Source: Pseudomonadota bacterium
GTDB lineage: Bacteria > Myxococcota_A > Polyangia > GCA-2747355
Direction of reading: 5' to 3'
DNA: 64,000 nt
NCBI GenBank assembly: GCA_016711215.1
Contig: JADJTL010000001.1
Location: 1,144,067-1,208,066, forward strand
Made by a program: the position numbers and the translations under genes. This document shows positions 57,433 through 64,000 of this stretch, one piece after another. The stretch's first letter is position 1; each line of letters starts with the position of its first letter. The notes beneath the pieces were generated by a model, which was not told the origin of the DNA, ran no database searches, and saw nothing but the letters and a program-made list of their open reading frames with translations.

Positions 57433-58719
57433 ATGGCCACGGCACGCTGCCTCTGCGCCGAGCTCGGTCCCGAGCGCCTGGCCCAGGGGGAGGCCTTCGT
57501 CTGTGGGCGCGTGTTGGGCGTCGATCCTGCGCGGCGTGAGCTGATCGTCGTCGACCGCTCAGGTCGGGCCTGCGTCGCCTTACCGGAGCCCTTGCCGCTG
57601 CCGAGCCCGGGGGACATCGCGCGCCTCGAGCTGGGCCCCGCGTGGCCGGCCTGCGCCGCCGCTCTTCAGGTGCTGACGCCCTATCGTCGCGCCGAGCCCT
57701 TTCCCTCGCCCGGCGCGGATTACTATCGGCTGAACGCGGGCACCAGCAGCCGCGCGGAGCGGCTTCGCTTGCGCGCGCGTTTGTTGGCCGCCGTGCGCGG
57801 GTTCTTCGACGCAAGGGGCTTCGTCGAGATTCAGAGCCCGCAGCGCGTCGCCTGTCCGGGGCTAGAGCCGCAGCTCCTGGCCGAGCCGGCGGGGGAGGGG
57901 TTCTTGATCACCTCCCCCGAGTATCAGCTCAAGCGCCTGTTGGTCGCCGGTTTCGAGCAAATCTACTTTCTCGGCGGCTGCTGGCGCGCCGACGAACGCG
58001 GACCGCTGCACCTCAATGAGCTCTGCATGCTCGAGTGGTACCAGGCCTACGATGAGCTCGAGGCGCTGCTGCTGCTGACCGAGGCGCTGCTGCGCGCGGT
58101 GGCGCAGCAGGTCCTCGGCACGCTGCGACTGCGCTGGGGCGGTATGGAGGTCGATCTCGGACAGCCCTTCCGCCGCCTGAGCGTCACGCAGGCGCTGCGC
58201 GAGCTCGCCGGGCTGCAGCTCCGCGGGCCGCTCGACGATCCGCGGATGCTGCGTGAGGCCGCGCTGGCGGCGGGTATCGGCCCCTTCGCTGCCGACGCCG
58301 ACTACGACGAGGTCTTCTCGCGCATCGTCCTCGAGCGCATCGAGCCAGCCCTGGCGACGATGGGCGCCGTCTTCTTCACCGACTTCCCGGCCCCGCTCGC
58401 CGCGCTGGCCCGCCGCCACCCGCGCGATGCAGCGCTGGCGCGACGCTCTGAGCTCTATGTGGCGGGCGTCGAGCTGGCCAACGCCTTCGAGGAGCTCACC
58501 GATCCAGACGAGCAGCTCGCCCGACTCCGTGCTGATCAGGCGCTGCGCGCGCGCCGTGGGCTGCCCATCTACCCGATCGATCAACGCTTCATCGAGGCGC
58601 TGCGCGAAGGCATGCCACCGAGCAGCGGTATCGCCCTCGGCGTCGACCGCCTACTGCTGCTGCTGAGCGGCGCGAGCCACATCGACGAGACGGTGGCCTT
58701 CGCCACCCCTGAGCTTTGA
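57433..58719 (+). CDS. epmA: EF-P lysine aminoacylase EpmA (PoxA/GenX, class II LysRS paralogue) with ~95-aa N-terminal extension
   Basis: From residue ~105: RARLLAAVRGFFDARGFVEIQSP...LITSPEYQLKRLLVAG...NELCMLEWY...ELANAFEEL...GIALGVDRLL matches the E. coli EpmA order. Adjacent to efp. Confidence 0.85.
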   Translation: MATARCLCAELGPERLAQGEAFVCGRVLGVDPARRELIVVDRSGRACVALPEPLPLPSPGDIARLELGPAWPACAAALQVLTPYRRAEPFPSPGADYYRLNAGTSSRAERLRLRARLLAAVRGFFDARGFVEIQSPQRVACPGLEPQLLAEPAGEGFLITSPEYQLKRLLVAGFEQIYFLGGCWRADERGPLHLNELCMLEWYQAYDELEALLLLTEALLRAVAQQVLGTLRLRWGGMEVDLGQPFRRLSVTQALRELAGLQLRGPLDDPRMLREAALAAGIGPFAADADYDEVFSRIVLERIEPALATMGAVFFTDFPAPLAALARRHPRDAALARRSELYVAGVELANAFEELTDPDEQLARLRADQALRARRGLPIYPIDQRFIEALREGMPPSSGIALGVDRLLLLLSGASHIDETVAFATPEL

Positions 58720-58788
58720 GGGCGCTGACCGAGGCGTCTTCGCTCCGGATCGCCTGCGGCAGCGAAGGGCCAAGCCGTTGGCGGCGCG

Positions 58789-58818
58789 GATGTTGCATTG
58801 CGATTGCAAGATGTTGCA
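58789..58818. promoter_or_regulatory. Candidate operator: gatgttgca direct repeat 21 bp apart, enclosing the imperfect palindrome TTGCA-N7-TGCAA in a locally AT-richer patch
   Basis: ggatgttgcattgcgattgcaagatgttgcaattatt, read directly. Lies ~65 nt upstream of ATG 58883. Confidence 0.25.
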
Positions 58819-58882
58819 ATTATTCTCTCGGATGGTGGCCCAGGGCAGAATCCCCTCTCGTTTTCAGCGAGCAGCGTCGGCG

Positions 58883-60304
58883 ATGCAAGCGACAACAAGA
58901 GCGACCGGGCAAACGACAGGGCGGCGAAGACTGCTGGCGGCGCTGGTCGCAGCGCTCGTTGCACCCCAGTTGCCATCGCTTGGCGCCAACCGCGGGCCGC
59001 AGGGGCGGGCCTGGATCAGGCTGGCCGCGGCTCGGCCTCAACCCAGGGCGCGCCGCCTCTCCGCCGCGGCGTGGGCGATCGCGGAGCACGCGCCACAGAC
59101 CTTGGCACGGGCCAGATGGGCTTATGGCGTGGTCTGGATGGGAGATATCACGCCGGTGCAGCTCATGGCGCACGCGCTGCTGGAGAATGCCTACGCGACT
59201 GCGTCGACCGCTCCTGCGGCGGCCAAGCTCTATCCCTACGAGACCTTCCTGGCGTGGCGCCTTCGCGACCTCAGCCTGGTGGAAATCCTGCAAGTGCGGC
59301 GCGCGGTGAAGGCCGGGGCGAGGCAGTGGGCCGAAGCGGCAAGGATTCGGGGACCCAGAGCGAAGCCGGAGGGCAGGAGTGATCGGGGCAGCGAGGTGGA
59401 TGCGGTGGTCCGGACCCGTCGGCTGGCGCTGGAACTGACGCGTAGGGCGTGGCACGACGCGGCGAGCATGGAGCGCTTGCTGCGCGCATCGCTGCCGCCA
59501 CAGACCCTTCGAGCGCATGACGAGCCGTTGGCCGCGTCGCTCGCGACCGCCGCGGACTTGCGCCCTGGGGGAGCGAGGGTTGGGCTCCTCGGGGCGCTCG
59601 CCTGGAAGGTCGATACAGCCCGAAGATCGCTTATCCCCCCCGCGCTGCGTCCGAGGGAAATCGAGCGGTGGGTCGAGGCGCTGCATGGCGACCTGAAGCT
59701 GCGCGTTGGATTGGGCGACGGTTCAGCGGGCCCGGTCAGAGTGCTGGTCGGATCACTGAGCGAGGTGTCGTGCCCGACGCCTAATGTGAACGGCTCATAC
59801 GCCTTCACCACCGGCGAGGCGGAGACGATGCACCGATCGGCTGAGCGCCGGCGGCAGCTCGCTGAGGTTATGGTGGATACCTTGCTGCACGGGAGGTGTC
59901 CTCGCGAAGTTCTGCCCCGCGCGCGGGACGCGATAGTTCGTCTTGCTGGGCACTTTGAGAGGGATCTCAAGGAGGCTTTCCCGGGCGAGGGCGGCGCCCC
60001 TGACCTCACTGACGGCCAACCCGGCGTCGAAGCGCGCCTGCGCCGCGTCGAAGCGCGCCTGAGCACAGCCGTGCAGGCGCTGCCCGCTGACTTGCACGAG
60101 CTCCTCCGTCCTCTGGGCGAAGTGGCGACCGAAAGCGCTGGATCAGCAAATGGCGAGGCTTCGCCTGGGGAAGGGTGCTGGTCGCGGCTGGATCGCCATT
60201 GGACCGCCCTCGAGGCGCTGGTCGAGGCCCAGGATGACCTCGAGGCTTGGGCTGAGGTCGCCGCTGCCCTTGAACCGGAGCGACCCCGCCGCGTTCGCGA
60301 GTGA
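58883..60304 (+). CDS. Hypothetical protein with possible twin-arginine signal
   Basis: MQATTRATGQTTGRRRLLAALVAALVA N-terminus. Coding-like composition over ~470 aa. I recognise no family. Confidence 0.45.
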   Translation: MQATTRATGQTTGRRRLLAALVAALVAPQLPSLGANRGPQGRAWIRLAAARPQPRARRLSAAAWAIAEHAPQTLARARWAYGVVWMGDITPVQLMAHALLENAYATASTAPAAAKLYPYETFLAWRLRDLSLVEILQVRRAVKAGARQWAEAARIRGPRAKPEGRSDRGSEVDAVVRTRRLALELTRRAWHDAASMERLLRASLPPQTLRAHDEPLAASLATAADLRPGGARVGLLGALAWKVDTARRSLIPPALRPREIERWVEALHGDLKLRVGLGDGSAGPVRVLVGSLSEVSCPTPNVNGSYAFTTGEAETMHRSAERRRQLAEVMVDTLLHGRCPREVLPRARDAIVRLAGHFERDLKEAFPGEGGAPDLTDGQPGVEARLRRVEARLSTAVQALPADLHELLRPLGEVATESAGSANGEASPGEGCWSRLDRHWTALEALVEAQDDLEAWAEVAAALEPERPRRVRE

Positions 60305-60356
60305 GCGGCCCGCGTTAGCCGCAGTCGGCGCGGGGCGCCCGCCCCCGACGGGGTCG

Positions 60357-60383
60357 ACCAGATCAGTCGCGGGTGCGACCGGA

Positions 60384-60396
<13 letters not shown>
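60357..60396. repeat. ~20-bp imperfect direct duplication of the fumarase gene 3' end including its stop
   Basis: accagatcagtcgcgggtgcg followed by accggatcagtcgtgggcg. On the minus strand this places two TGA codons 21 nt apart, in frame. Confidence 0.7.
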
Positions 60397-62012
<1,616 letters not shown>

Positions 62013-62197
62013 GTGAGGATCCCCCGCCGGCCTTTTTAGCGCGAGGGAGGGTTTGACTCCAGTGGCACGGTGGCCTCCTCAGCGTCCCCTAATCAGCGCG
62101 AGACGGGTCAGCTCAGCGCGAGACTGATCAGCGCGAGGCGGCTGCTGTGCCCCAGGGCAAACTCGAAAATGAAGGGGCCTCGGCCGGCATCCTTCGC

Positions 62198-64000
<1,803 letters not shown>

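Noticed and set aside
58783-58800. Sigma-54 promoter (GG-N10-TTGC spacing in cggatgttgcattgcg)
   Set aside because: The spacing fits, but the -24 element (GCGGAT) is far from TGGCAC. The TTGCA pentamers are better explained as an operator-like repeat.

Overview
This is a very GC-rich bacterial chromosomal window. The lipoprotein and multihaem content and the gene set suggest a Myxococcota-type organism, but that is inference only. About 50 protein genes, 3 tRNAs and many short tandem repeats can be supported. I found no CRISPR array, integrase, transposase or recognisable defence genes. Left end: a complete alternative complex III operon, actABCDEF, on the minus strand (actF runs off the window), divergent from a type I-beta DAHP synthase. 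The most unusual locus is a tightly coupled minus-strand operon at 10655-15678. It encodes a small CSD-like protein, a 1009-aa predicted lipoprotein cytochrome with 15 CxxCH motifs, and a split YeeE/YedE sulfur-transporter pair. The cytochrome has an octahaem tetrathionate-reductase-like N-half, a 7-haem C-extension and a canonical EF-hand loop. The second YeeE half carries a rhodanese-like domain that lacks the catalytic Cys but ends in a Lys/Gly tail with a single Cys. I flag this as a candidate undescribed periplasmic sulfur-oxyanion redox/import module. Other content: two ABC-2 transporters, SCO1, rlmKL, gcvR-like, udk, and an envelope gene string (TolC-like, MlaC-like, lipoprotein, GH-A hydrolase, short DsbD, periplasmic Grx-fold lipoprotein, small OMP). 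Also present: ygfZ, glpD, aspS, a Memo-like protein, a dual-cNMP protein, mtaP-pfkB-tsaE, a divergent secreted GH77-like protein, ychF, efp-epmA, class I fumarase and partial uvrA. Two genes (an ABC-2 permease and recD2) carry single-base frameshifts. The efp-epmA spacer consists almost entirely of 30-bp tandem copies of the efp 3' end. All homology calls come from motif recognition by eye, not from searches.
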